Assembly: GCA_050253335.1 (NCBI GenBank)
Contig: JBFWJG010000031.1
Span: 1-31,753 of the forward strand
DNA from: Deferribacterales bacterium
GTDB lineage: Bacteria; Chrysiogenota; Deferribacteres; Deferribacterales; Geovibrionaceae
DNA length: 31,753 bases
Reading direction: 5' to 3'
Position numbers and translations under genes: made by a program. Under the pieces are notes generated by a model. That model was given only the letters and a program-made list of their open reading frames with translations. It was not told the origin of the DNA and did not search any database. Shown piece after piece: positions 18,991 to 26,617 of this stretch (within the stretch, counting starts at the first letter, position 1; every line of letters starts with the position of its first letter).

Positions 18991-20488
18991 TATCAAGCTC
19001 CATCGGCTTTATCATAGATTCGATAAACTCAATTTCCTCTGCGGTTAATCTGTATTTTTCGTAAAGCTCTTTGTCTGTCCACGGTTTTGAAAAGTCCTGC
19101 ATAGGGACAAAAACAAAACAGCCTTTCGTGATATGCTGTGATACGGCAACTTGAGCTATCAAAAAACGAACAAACTTTGTACGTAAATAACTGATAAGAT
19201 TCTTTGCATCTGGCTCATCATCAAAAATACCTGCAACTAAGTAAGTTTCTGAACATATTGCTTTCGGTGGGAGTGTTTCAATGACAGACATTACCTTACG
19301 CATACCGTTTTTATCTGGTTGACCTGCATGATCAAACGAAATATAAGAAATGATAACTTTCCATTTATCAATCAAATCTACACCAGTAGTAATTAATGTT
19401 GAACTGTAGCGACCTAATCCTTTGTTATACCTCAGTTCAAGATCGCCATCTTGTATTGGTTCAACATTTGTAGCTAATCCAAAAGGTTTTCTACTTGATA
19501 CAACTGTAGACATTAATATCTCATTATAAGATAGAACTTTTTTTATTATGTCAGATGCCTCAGAATATCGAATAAAAGTCTCAAATTCATCTAAGTTACG
19601 TTTAGCATTGAACACTTTGCCTTTGACAATATTAGTAACTTCACATTCACCTTTATTATCTCTATCCCATAAAAAATAACATATTCCACCAGCTATATCT
19701 ACTCCGGGGAAGCAATCTTTAGAATCTGTATAATCAACAATCTTTCTGATACGTTTATCTTTAAGCATACTCAGCCTAAAATCATCTAGTCCTTTACCGC
19801 CAGCAAACCAACGGGATGGAACGATCATCATCAGATAACGTGGCATCAATTTCTTAGCTTGTTCAACAAAAAGATTATATATAGGTTTGGCACTTGCTTT
19901 GTTCCCCCCATCACTCAACTGATACGGCGGATTCCCGATTATAACATCAAACTTCATATTGAATATCTCCTCAGGATTGTTTGTATGTATGAATTCATAA
20001 GCATGTGTTTCTAACTCCTCTCCTCTGTCATATTCGCTTTGAGAAGCTCCGCAAAATTCACATTTTCCATTCTTCCATGAATGCGAAATACGATTAAAAC
20101 GTATATTCCCTTGTTCATTAATGAACTTTGAAACGGAATACTTTCTGTTTGGATATTTTGAACAATATAAACTACGGCGTGAAAGCAGAGCGGTGAGTTC
20201 GGTGATGGGGATACCAAACAATTGATTATGGTATATATAATCAAGCCTTTCCTGCAAGTCAGGGAAATCCTTCTCCAACCCTTTTATCAAACGTTTAGCA
20301 ATCTCTCGAAGAAAAACACCGGATTTGCAAGCAGGATCAAGAAAGGTTGCTTCCTTATCGCTCCATAAGCTTTCAGGCAGCATATCAAGCATGTTGTTAA
20401 CAAGCTCAGGCGGAGTGAAAACTTCATCGTTTGATAAATTTGCCAAGCAATTCAAAACATCAGGATTATAGCCGACTTCATTTATCAT
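18983..20488 (-). CDS. DNA amino-methyltransferase (Eco57I/TaqI-like) with target recognition domain
   Basis: Motif X DEVFTP, variant motif I DPACKSG, catalytic GNPPY, PSRW; variable C-terminal region. Confidence 0.88.
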   Translation of the reverse strand: MINEVGYNPDVLNCLANLSNDEVFTPPELVNNMLDMLPESLWSDKEATFLDPACKSGVFLREIAKRLIKGLEKDFPDLQERLDYIYHNQLFGIPITELTALLSRRSLYCSKYPNRKYSVSKFINEQGNIRFNRISHSWKNGKCEFCGASQSEYDRGEELETHAYEFIHTNNPEEIFNMKFDVIIGNPPYQLSDGGNKASAKPIYNLFVEQAKKLMPRYLMMIVPSRWFAGGKGLDDFRLSMLKDKRIRKIVDYTDSKDCFPGVDIAGGICYFLWDRDNKGECEVTNIVKGKVFNAKRNLDEFETFIRYSEASDIIKKVLSYNEILMSTVVSSRKPFGLATNVEPIQDGDLELRYNKGLGRYSSTLITTGVDLIDKWKVIISYISFDHAGQPDKNGMRKVMSVIETLPPKAICSETYLVAGIFDDEPDAKNLISYLRTKFVRFLIAQVAVSQHITKGCFVFVPMQDFSKPWTDKELYEKYRLTAEEIEFIESMIKPMELDNG

Positions 20489-21137
20489 ACTGCTGTACCT
20501 TTCTGTAATCAGTTAGGGGATATTCTTTTATTGGTTTGGGGATATATGTTTTAGTCTCCTCGTCATACTCCCAATCATTAAGGAACACTTCTATATTACC
20601 CTCATGCCCTTCCAACATCTGATTAAGATAAAAATCACGGCGTTGCATAAGCGAACCTGAAACAAGAGACCATTCAGAAAAAGTAATCGGTGAACCATCT
20701 AATGCTTTCAGCGTCAGAGCATCGCCACAGATGATATTATGCTTCAAGATATATTTAACAGCCTCTCTGCATTCATCACTTGCAGTTCCTTTGCAGACAG
20801 CAGTGTATTCAATATCAAAGATACTAAATAATCTCTCACAGCATTCTTCTATATTATCAGGCAGAAGATCGATACCGTATAAGCTTGTTACGGCAACAAC
20901 AGCAAATTTCTCATAATCTGACGCATTCTTGCCATAACGCTGCCTGACAACAGCCAGCTTTCGCCGCAGAATCTCAGCTAAAAAATTCCCATTACCGCAG
21001 GCAGGCTCTAAAAAACGGCTGTCAATACGCTCCGTCTCCTGCTTCACCAAATCAAGCATGGCATTTACCTCACGCTCCGAAGTAAACACCTCCCCATGAT
21101 CCGCCACCCGCTGCTTGGACTTAACCTGTTTTGTCAT
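20478..21137 (-). CDS. Short SAM-binding methyltransferase-like subunit lacking NPPY
   Basis: [17 protein letters not shown] and CGDAL motifs present; no (N/D/S)PP(Y/F) in 219 aa. Confidence 0.82.
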   Translation of the reverse strand: MTKQVKSKQRVADHGEVFTSEREVNAMLDLVKQETERIDSRFLEPACGNGNFLAEILRRKLAVVRQRYGKNASDYEKFAVVAVTSLYGIDLLPDNIEECCERLFSIFDIEYTAVCKGTASDECREAVKYILKHNIICGDALTLKALDGSPITFSEWSLVSGSLMQRRDFYLNQMLEGHEGNIEVFLNDWEYDEETKTYIPKPIKEYPLTDYRKVQQYDK

Positions 21138-21254
21138 GAATAATGCACCAAATAAGTAAAATATTTACAAATAAGATACCAGTGTTGTGTTTTCTTGTCT
21201 AACGGTTTTGACTTCTCATAAAAATAACGATAGTTATTTTAAATATGGGAGTGA

Positions 21255-21476
21255 GCTTACTTAGTTGTAAACGGTAAATCTGCTATCGACTGGGTTGTTG
21301 AACGCCAATGCGTCAAAACCGATAAAGCCAGCGGCATAGTAAACGATGCGAACGACTGGGCAGTTGAAACCATGAACAACCCGAAATACCCCCTTGAACT
21401 GCTTCTGCGGGTTATAACCGTCAGTTTGGAGACAATGAAGATAGTCCGGTCTCTTCCCAAGCTTGTTATTGAATAA
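21255..21476 (+). pseudogene. C-terminal remnant of a Type ISP (LlaGI/LlaBIII-like) R-M enzyme
   Basis: Manual translation AYLVVNGKSAIDWVVERQCVKTDKASGIVNDANDWAVETMNNPKYPLELLLRVITVSLETMKIVRSLPKLVIE*, preceded by in-frame TGA; not in the ORF track. Confidence 0.8.
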
Positions 21477-21490
21477 AGATGAAATAACAC

Positions 21491-21537
21491 TTGAAAAGCG
21501 TGTGACAATTGCCATACTTTTCTGTATGAGCATACAG
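21491..21537 (+). promoter_or_regulatory. TA1 promoter and operator
   Basis: TTGAAA-16 bp-CATACT followed by the inverted repeat CTGTATG-ag-CATACAG (21522-21537). Confidence 0.55.
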
Positions 21538-21553
21538 CTAAGGAGTTTTTATC

Positions 21554-21787
21554 ATGGCGCAAATGCAGACAATAAGCACACGCTTTACAAGTGATACTAT
21601 AGCAAGGCTTGAGGAAATCGCAGGCAATCAGAACCGCTCACGCTCTGATATTATTCAGGAGGCGGTCGAAGGTTATCTGAACTCTCTTGCATGGCTTGAG
21701 GCTAAGGTGCAGAAAGCAGAAGCGGGCTCTTTCGTTTCTCACGATGAAGTAAGGGGAAGGCTCCGCAAGCTCGGTGTCAAGTGCTGA
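21554..21787 (+). CDS. Ribbon-helix-helix antitoxin (CopG/RelB-like)
   Basis: ISTRF...RSRSDIIQEAV RHH pattern; AAGGAG RBS; overlaps the toxin gene. Confidence 0.85.
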   Translation: MAQMQTISTRFTSDTIARLEEIAGNQNRSRSDIIQEAVEGYLNSLAWLEAKVQKAEAGSFVSHDEVRGRLRKLGVKC

Positions 21788-22062
21788 TCGAGTGGTCAGA
21801 ATATGCCTATGATGATTTAGCCGAAATATTCCGCTATTTCAGAGAGACCGAAAAAGAAGAACTCGGATACGAGATAGTAGGCGAACTTTTCACCTCAACT
21901 GAGATATTGGCTAAATTCCCTTTGTCCGGCAGGCTTGGCAGGGTGTCAGAAACAAGGGAACTGGTGAATCAGGTGTTCCCCTATGTTGTTGTTTACAGGA
22001 TAGTTTCTGTAGATACTATAAAAATTCTGGCAGTGGTGCATACTTCAAGATTATTTCCCTGA
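21781..22062 (+). CDS. RelE/ParE family toxin
   Basis: IEWSEYAYDDL...FPLSGR...RELV...YVVVYRI...ILAVVH pattern. Confidence 0.88.
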   Translation: MLIEWSEYAYDDLAEIFRYFRETEKEELGYEIVGELFTSTEILAKFPLSGRLGRVSETRELVNQVFPYVVVYRIVSVDTIKILAVVHTSRLFP

Positions 22063-22083
22063 ACCTTTCAAAGCAGAAATTAA

Positions 22084-22115
22084 TTGCTCACTTTCTCTGT
22101 AATACATATAATACA
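22084..22115 (+). promoter_or_regulatory. TA2 promoter and operator
   Basis: TTGCTC-17 bp-TATAAT, overlapped by tandem TGTAATACA/TATAATACA repeats. Confidence 0.6.
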
Positions 22116-22131
22116 AGCATGAGGTGAGAAC

Positions 22132-22350
22132 ATGCTTACTGTCAGATTGCCGGAAGAGATTGAAAACAGGCTTACAGCCCTTGCGGAGCAGACAGGCAGA
22201 CCGAAAAGCTATTATGTCCGTGAGGCTCTGGAGAACTATCTGGAAGACCTTGAAGATCTCTACACCGCCGAAACCGTTTACCGCAGGGTGCTTGAGGGCA
22301 AGGAAGAAATATCCGCTCTGGAAGAGGTTGAAAAGCGTCTTGGCTTATAA
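22132..22350 (+). CDS. relB: RelB-like RHH antitoxin
   Basis: LTVRLP...TGRPKSYYVREAL...LEDLEDLY pattern; GAGGTG RBS. Confidence 0.85.
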   Translation: MLTVRLPEEIENRLTALAEQTGRPKSYYVREALENYLEDLEDLYTAETVYRRVLEGKEEISALEEVEKRLGL

Positions 22351-22603
22351 AATCAGGCTTACCAAAACGGCGGAAAAGGAGCTTGCCAAACTGGATAAGC
22401 CGTCTGCTGTGAGAATCGTTAAATTTCTTTGTGAACGCCTTTCTGTTGCCGATAACCCGAAGAGCTTAGGCAAACAGCTTTCCGGATCATTGGGGCAGTT
22501 CTGGCGGTTCAGGGTAGGGGACTACCGAATTATCTGCGATATTCAGGATAATGAGCTTGTTATTCTTGCTCTCCGCATTGCTCACAGGAAGGAAGTTTAT
22601 TAG
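22340..22603 (+). CDS. relE: RelE/StbE family mRNA interferase toxin
   Basis: TTG start overlapping the antitoxin end; AEKELAKLD...NPKSLGKQLSG...WRFRVGDYRIIC...IAHRKEVY. Confidence 0.9.
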   Translation: MAYKIRLTKTAEKELAKLDKPSAVRIVKFLCERLSVADNPKSLGKQLSGSLGQFWRFRVGDYRIICDIQDNELVILALRIAHRKEVY

Positions 22604-23511
22604 TTGAGTGCTTTCAGCCTTTTGTTATTATGGTAGTTTTCACTTATAGCTTTTTGCAGTTCAGGGCTATTAATAATTTTTCTGTACCTTTCAGGATTTC
22701 TTGCCACAAGGTATTCTGCAATTTTTGAAAATCGTAATGCGTTTCTATCCGTCATTTTGTGATCATACTCAGGTCTGTAGGTATAGAGTTTATTTCCGCC
22801 TGTTATCATGCGTTTGATAATTTTGTCATATTTTGGATTGAAGCTGTAATTTTCTTTGAGAGTTACTATCAAAGAGCTGATATTTTCACGCAATTCAGAC
22901 AAGCTAAGATTATCTGTATTCCTCACATTGTAACGAGCAAGAAAATCTTTTTTAAACTCAATTTCAAACCTTTTCCAATCTTTAGGAATATCTGGAAGCA
23001 GTTTATTTGTTTTATTTTTCTGCTCAATGTATTTATCATAAATTCTGACTACAAATGACTTGGATTTAAAATAAACTGTTTCTATTGTTTTGTCTTTCTC
23101 TACTAACTCCGATCTTACCGTAGCTTTTGAGGGCTGCTTTCTGATAATGCCTTTTACGAGTTTAAAATTTTCATTTATCAAATCAACACAAACATCTACA
23201 CGATTGATACTAATTTCTAATATTGATTCAATCTTGACCATATTTTTGATGATCGATAAGCCGTATTTATTGCAAAGAACAGAATGAACTTGAATTATTG
23301 CCTGTTCATATTCTGAACCACTGACTTTTGTCACCTCAGTCCTAAAATATCCGCAATCCAATATTGTTTTATATCCTCTGGTTTCCTGTTCAAAACCTAA
23401 TTCACGCTTTTCACAGTAAGCGGCGCATGATTCGATAAAACCCCGCTCAACCAAGCAGCTTAAATGCAGCGTGTCTATTCTGTATCTGGAAATATTTTTC
23501 TTATTTCTCAT
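22600..23511 (-). CDS. Rolling-circle replication initiator / relaxase (Rep_trans, MOBT-like)
   Basis: IDTL, INRVDVCVD, ETVYF, VRIYDK and WKRFEIEFK motifs typical of Rep_trans proteins. Confidence 0.75.
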   Translation of the reverse strand: MRNKKNISRYRIDTLHLSCLVERGFIESCAAYCEKRELGFEQETRGYKTILDCGYFRTEVTKVSGSEYEQAIIQVHSVLCNKYGLSIIKNMVKIESILEISINRVDVCVDLINENFKLVKGIIRKQPSKATVRSELVEKDKTIETVYFKSKSFVVRIYDKYIEQKNKTNKLLPDIPKDWKRFEIEFKKDFLARYNVRNTDNLSLSELRENISSLIVTLKENYSFNPKYDKIIKRMITGGNKLYTYRPEYDHKMTDRNALRFSKIAEYLVARNPERYRKIINSPELQKAISENYHNNKRLKALN

Positions 23512-23673
23512 AACACATTGTCACTTAACAGCAATAAGGCTATTTTTGTTCATTCTATGAACCCATGTTATATAGGCATAGAACAGGATAGAGAGCGCAT
23601 TCAAAAAGATGTATTTTAATGGCTTTTTCAAATTACCCATGACAAACAGCCTTAGTCTGAATCTTCAATACGC

Positions 23674-23889
23674 TTAATCAGCCTGTGCAGACAGGTTAAG
23701 AGAATCAGAATACGGATTAAAGGGATTCAGCGGGCATTTTGTGATCGTGCATTTCTGAATGCCTTCAGGATAACCGCCTTCACATTCATAGCATTTGGCA
23801 ATTATCGCTTCGTTTCTGGTGAGGCGTTCACCGTTGAGGTGCTTATTAAGCAGGGCTTTTCCCCTGAAGCGTTTTCCTTCCACTTTCAT
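23674..23889 (-). CDS. Small Cys4 (putative Zn-binding) protein
   Basis: AIIAKCYEC-X10-C-X4-CPL; starts just after the alpA stop. Confidence 0.7.
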   Translation of the reverse strand: MKVEGKRFRGKALLNKHLNGERLTRNEAIIAKCYECEGGYPEGIQKCTITKCPLNPFNPYSDSLNLSAQAD

Positions 23890-23891
23890 GG

Positions 23892-24083
23892 CTACAGCCC
23901 CCTGCTTTCAGTAACTTTGGATTCAATCCACTGCATAACATCGGCTTCAAGCCATGCAACCGCACGCATACCAAGCTTGATCGGTTTGGGAAAATCGCCT
24001 TCTTTGATTTTTGAATAGATTGAGCTTCTTTTCAGCCCTGTGACTTTTTCGACTTCGTTTCTTCTAAGGAGTTTTTTAGTCAT
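23892..24083 (-). CDS. alpA: AlpA family excisionase/regulator
   Basis: LLRRNEV..TGLKRSSIY...FPKPIKLG.RAVAW motif. Confidence 0.92.
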   Translation of the reverse strand: MTKKLLRRNEVEKVTGLKRSSIYSKIKEGDFPKPIKLGMRAVAWLEADVMQWIESKVTESRGL

Positions 24084-24198
24084 TTTGAAACCTCACTGGT
24101 ATTTTTCAGTAAGGTAAAACAAGAGAGCTAAGTAATAAATGAGAGTCATTTTAGAAAAGTTTTGCAACACATAATATCTTGGTATATTTAAAAAATAT

Positions 24199-24957
24199 TT
24201 AATCTTTGGCTCTTAAGCCTTCAGGTATGACATATATATCTTTAAATTTACCATAAGCTGTTCTAAATGTATTTGGTGTAGCAATCTGACCGTTTTTCCT
24301 GAAAATATATTCAGCAATTTGGCAGCCAGAACGAACATTAGCGTTTGTTTTTTTGTGTGGAGATTTTTCACTATGATAAGGCGGAATACCGAATAACACT
24401 TTTAAAGCCCATACCATTAAGCCTCTTGCATAACCAACATACCCATTTCCTATCAAATTTTTGTGATTTTTTCTGATTTTTTCGGGTTCTTGCATTATTC
24501 CTGAGAAGCTTTCAAAAACTAGAGTAATTAAAGGTTCTGGTAATGAAGGTAAAAGCTTAGTGATGTCTCCCCCTTTTTTACGAATGAACTTTGCTAACGA
24601 AAGTTTAATAATTTCAAGTGCCAAAGAGTTTGTTTCGGCAAGTTTAATCATTTGTAATATTTCATTATTATAACCAGTACGTCTGAATCCGGCATTGTGT
24701 TTGCCTGAATATATTTCAAGTTTTCTTAAATATAAATCAGAGTTTTCTTCTAACGAACGAAGGGGGTACGCTTCAGTAATAACTTCATAAAGTGTTTGAA
24801 AATGTAGTTCTAATTCTTTTTCCGTAAACTTGGGAATATCTCCTCTTTCAACTCTGCTAGGTAAATGAATAAGGTCAATATTGCTATTGGCTAGCAAAAC
24901 CCAAAAGTTCTCTATTCTTCGCTGTTTATATTCTTCAGGTATATCTTTTTCCCCCAT
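24199..24957 (-). CDS. Hypothetical protein in the int-alpA slot
   Basis: 252-aa AT-rich ORF overlapping the integrase end, with GAGGTG RBS. Confidence 0.65.
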   Translation of the reverse strand: MGEKDIPEEYKQRRIENFWVLLANSNIDLIHLPSRVERGDIPKFTEKELELHFQTLYEVITEAYPLRSLEENSDLYLRKLEIYSGKHNAGFRRTGYNNEILQMIKLAETNSLALEIIKLSLAKFIRKKGGDITKLLPSLPEPLITLVFESFSGIMQEPEKIRKNHKNLIGNGYVGYARGLMVWALKVLFGIPPYHSEKSPHKKTNANVRSGCQIAEYIFRKNGQIATPNTFRTAYGKFKDIYVIPEGLRAKD

Positions 24958-26131
24958 TTTTCACCTCATCTAAAAAATCCGCCCACCATTGCATCATTTT
25001 TGTTCTTTCTTCCATATATTCGGCATGGTTATAAGCTGCTTTAACCTTATTGCTTTCAGAATGAGCAAGCTGTGTTTCAATATAAAGACTGTTGAATCCG
25101 TTTTCGTGCAGGAGAGTTGACGCAACGCCTCTGAAGCCATGAGCGGTCATTTCCTCTTTGGTAAAGCCCATGCGCCTTAATGCTGCGTTCAGTGTGTTAT
25201 CGCTCATCGGTCTGTCTTTTGAACGAAGGGAAGGGAAAACATATTTCCAGCGTCCTGTTAGGGGCATAATATCTTTAAAAATTTGTACAGCCTGCTTTGA
25301 CAATGGAATCATATGAGGTTTTTTCATTTTCATTTTACCAGCCGGAATTTTCCATACAGCGTTTTCAAGGTCAATCTCAGACCATTCAGCCTGTCTTAAC
25401 TCACCAGGTCTTAAAAATACATATGGAGCAAGTTTCAGAGCATATCTTGTGACAATTTCCCCCTCATAGTCTTCTATTGCCAGAAGCAAGCCTTTGAGTT
25501 TTGATGGTTCTGTTATGCAAGCCATATGTTTGTTGACTTTAGGGGTAAGAGCTTTGGTTAATCCGGAAGTAGGGTTGTTTTCACATCGGTTAGTCCGGAT
25601 ACCATATAAAAATATCTCTCCGCATATTCCATTGATTCTATGTGCAATGTCGATAGCTCCACGATGCTGAATCCGCTCAAGAAGTGTCAGAATATCTTTT
25701 GCAGTGATATTTTTAATCGGTTTGCTGCCTACATAGGGGAAAATATCTTTTTCAAGAAACCGCCATTTCTTTTCAGCGTGTTTTTCAGACCACTTGGGCT
25801 TAAACTTTTCATACCATTCACAGGCAACCGAATAAAAGTTGTTTGTGGAGTCCTCATATATTAATTGCTTTTTTGTTTTCTTAACTTCCATAGGATCAAT
25901 GTTATCGGATAAAAGCTTTCTGGCGTTGTCTCTCTTAATTCTTGCCTCTTTCAATGATGTTTCAGGATAAACACCGATTGCCAGTGTTTTACGTTTACCG
26001 CCGAATCTGTAATCCATACGGAAATATTTCCCTGAATTGCTTACTAAGAGATACATTCCTTTTTCATCTGTTATTTTGATTTGCTTTCCTGAGAATCTGG
26101 AATTTTTGATGACGGTATCTGTTAATGCCAT
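24935..26131 (-). CDS. P4-family tyrosine integrase
   Basis: Arm-binding N-terminus (GMYLLV, LAIGVYP); catalytic LRPGE, KMK, HGFR, LAH and AAYN. Confidence 0.95.
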   Translation of the reverse strand: MALTDTVIKNSRFSGKQIKITDEKGMYLLVSNSGKYFRMDYRFGGKRKTLAIGVYPETSLKEARIKRDNARKLLSDNIDPMEVKKTKKQLIYEDSTNNFYSVACEWYEKFKPKWSEKHAEKKWRFLEKDIFPYVGSKPIKNITAKDILTLLERIQHRGAIDIAHRINGICGEIFLYGIRTNRCENNPTSGLTKALTPKVNKHMACITEPSKLKGLLLAIEDYEGEIVTRYALKLAPYVFLRPGELRQAEWSEIDLENAVWKIPAGKMKMKKPHMIPLSKQAVQIFKDIMPLTGRWKYVFPSLRSKDRPMSDNTLNAALRRMGFTKEEMTAHGFRGVASTLLHENGFNSLYIETQLAHSESNKVKAAYNHAEYMEERTKMMQWWADFLDEVKNGGKRYT

Positions 26132-26306
26132 GACGGTATTTCCTGTCTCGCTTTTTATTTATACCGTCAAATGTAAGTGATTGATAATAAGTGGATTGAA
26201 TTATGATTGACGGTATGTGCCCATGACAAATTATAATATACCGTCGTTACTACCGTCAAGTTTATGTGGCTGCCTATGGATTTTTTTGGATTTTATTGGA
26301 CGGTAT
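26110..26306. repeat. Cluster of TACCGTC integrase arm-type sites
   Basis: 7 copies in both orientations (26110, 26131, 26161, 26208, 26238, 26251, 26299) plus 2 tandem copies near the distal att (16012-16035). Confidence 0.75.
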
Positions 26307-26325
26307 TTTGTCATAAACTATTGAA

Positions 26326-26358
26326 TAAAAAAGGCTTCGCAGATTTCTCTGGAAGCCT
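26326..26358 (-). terminator. Element-supplied terminator downstream of tRNA-Phe
   Basis: Minus strand AGGCTTCCAGA-gaaa-TCTGCGAAGCCT-TTTTT. Confidence 0.7.
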
Positions 26359-26371
26359 GTAGATTTCAAAA

Positions 26372-26447
26372 TGGTGCCCAGGGACGGAATCGAACCATCG
26401 ACACGTGGATTTTCAGTCCACTGCTCTACCGACTGAGCTACCTGGGC
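26372..26447 (-). tRNA. tRNA-Phe (GAA)
   Basis: GCCCAGGTAGCTCAGTCGGTAGAGCAGTGGACTGAAAATCCACGTGTCGATGGTTCGATTCCGTCCCTGGGCACCA: 76-nt cloverleaf with encoded CCA. Confidence 0.98.
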
Positions 26448-26462
26448 ATCTGTGGGAACGCT

Positions 26463-26491
26463 AAATTACTAAAGTGAGTATTCTTTGTCAA
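26463..26491 (-). promoter_or_regulatory. tRNA-Phe promoter
   Basis: Minus strand TTGACA-17 bp-TAATTT just upstream of the tRNA. Confidence 0.6.
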
Positions 26492-26617
26492 CAAAAAAAT
26501 AACGAAAAATTGATTAAGTCTGAAATAAGCCTCGGAACGCCCGCGCGGGGCAATATATGTTTGATCTGCCTTGCGGTTTTGGGCTATAAATGCTTATCGG
26601 AATTAACGGGGGACTGT

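Larger units (their letters stand above)
15933..26385. mobile_element. Integrative element (~10.4 kb) at the tRNA-Phe 3' end
   Basis: Direct repeat AAAATGGTGCC(C)AGGGAC at 15933-15949 and 26368-26385; adjacent integrase, AlpA, Rep, TA and R-M cargo; visibly AT-richer than the flanks. Confidence 0.92.

Noticed and set aside
21197..21240. attC-like (GTCTAAC) or dif-like (ACTTCTCATAA) site
   Set aside because: No matching GTTRRRY partner, poor XerD arm, and no integron integrase in the window
21257..21562. Minus-strand ORFs of 101 and 90 aa
   Set aside because: Antisense shadows of the Type ISP remnant on the + strand
22124..22339. N-terminal extension of the 159-aa toxin ORF
   Set aside because: Overlaps the antitoxin out of frame; RelE similarity begins at TTG 22340
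26110..26306. CRISPR array or iterons
   Set aside because: Repeats are 7-9 bp, irregularly spaced and in mixed orientation, which fits integrase arm sites better
15933..26385. Complete prophage or ICE
   Set aside because: No structural, lysis, terminase or conjugation genes between the att sites
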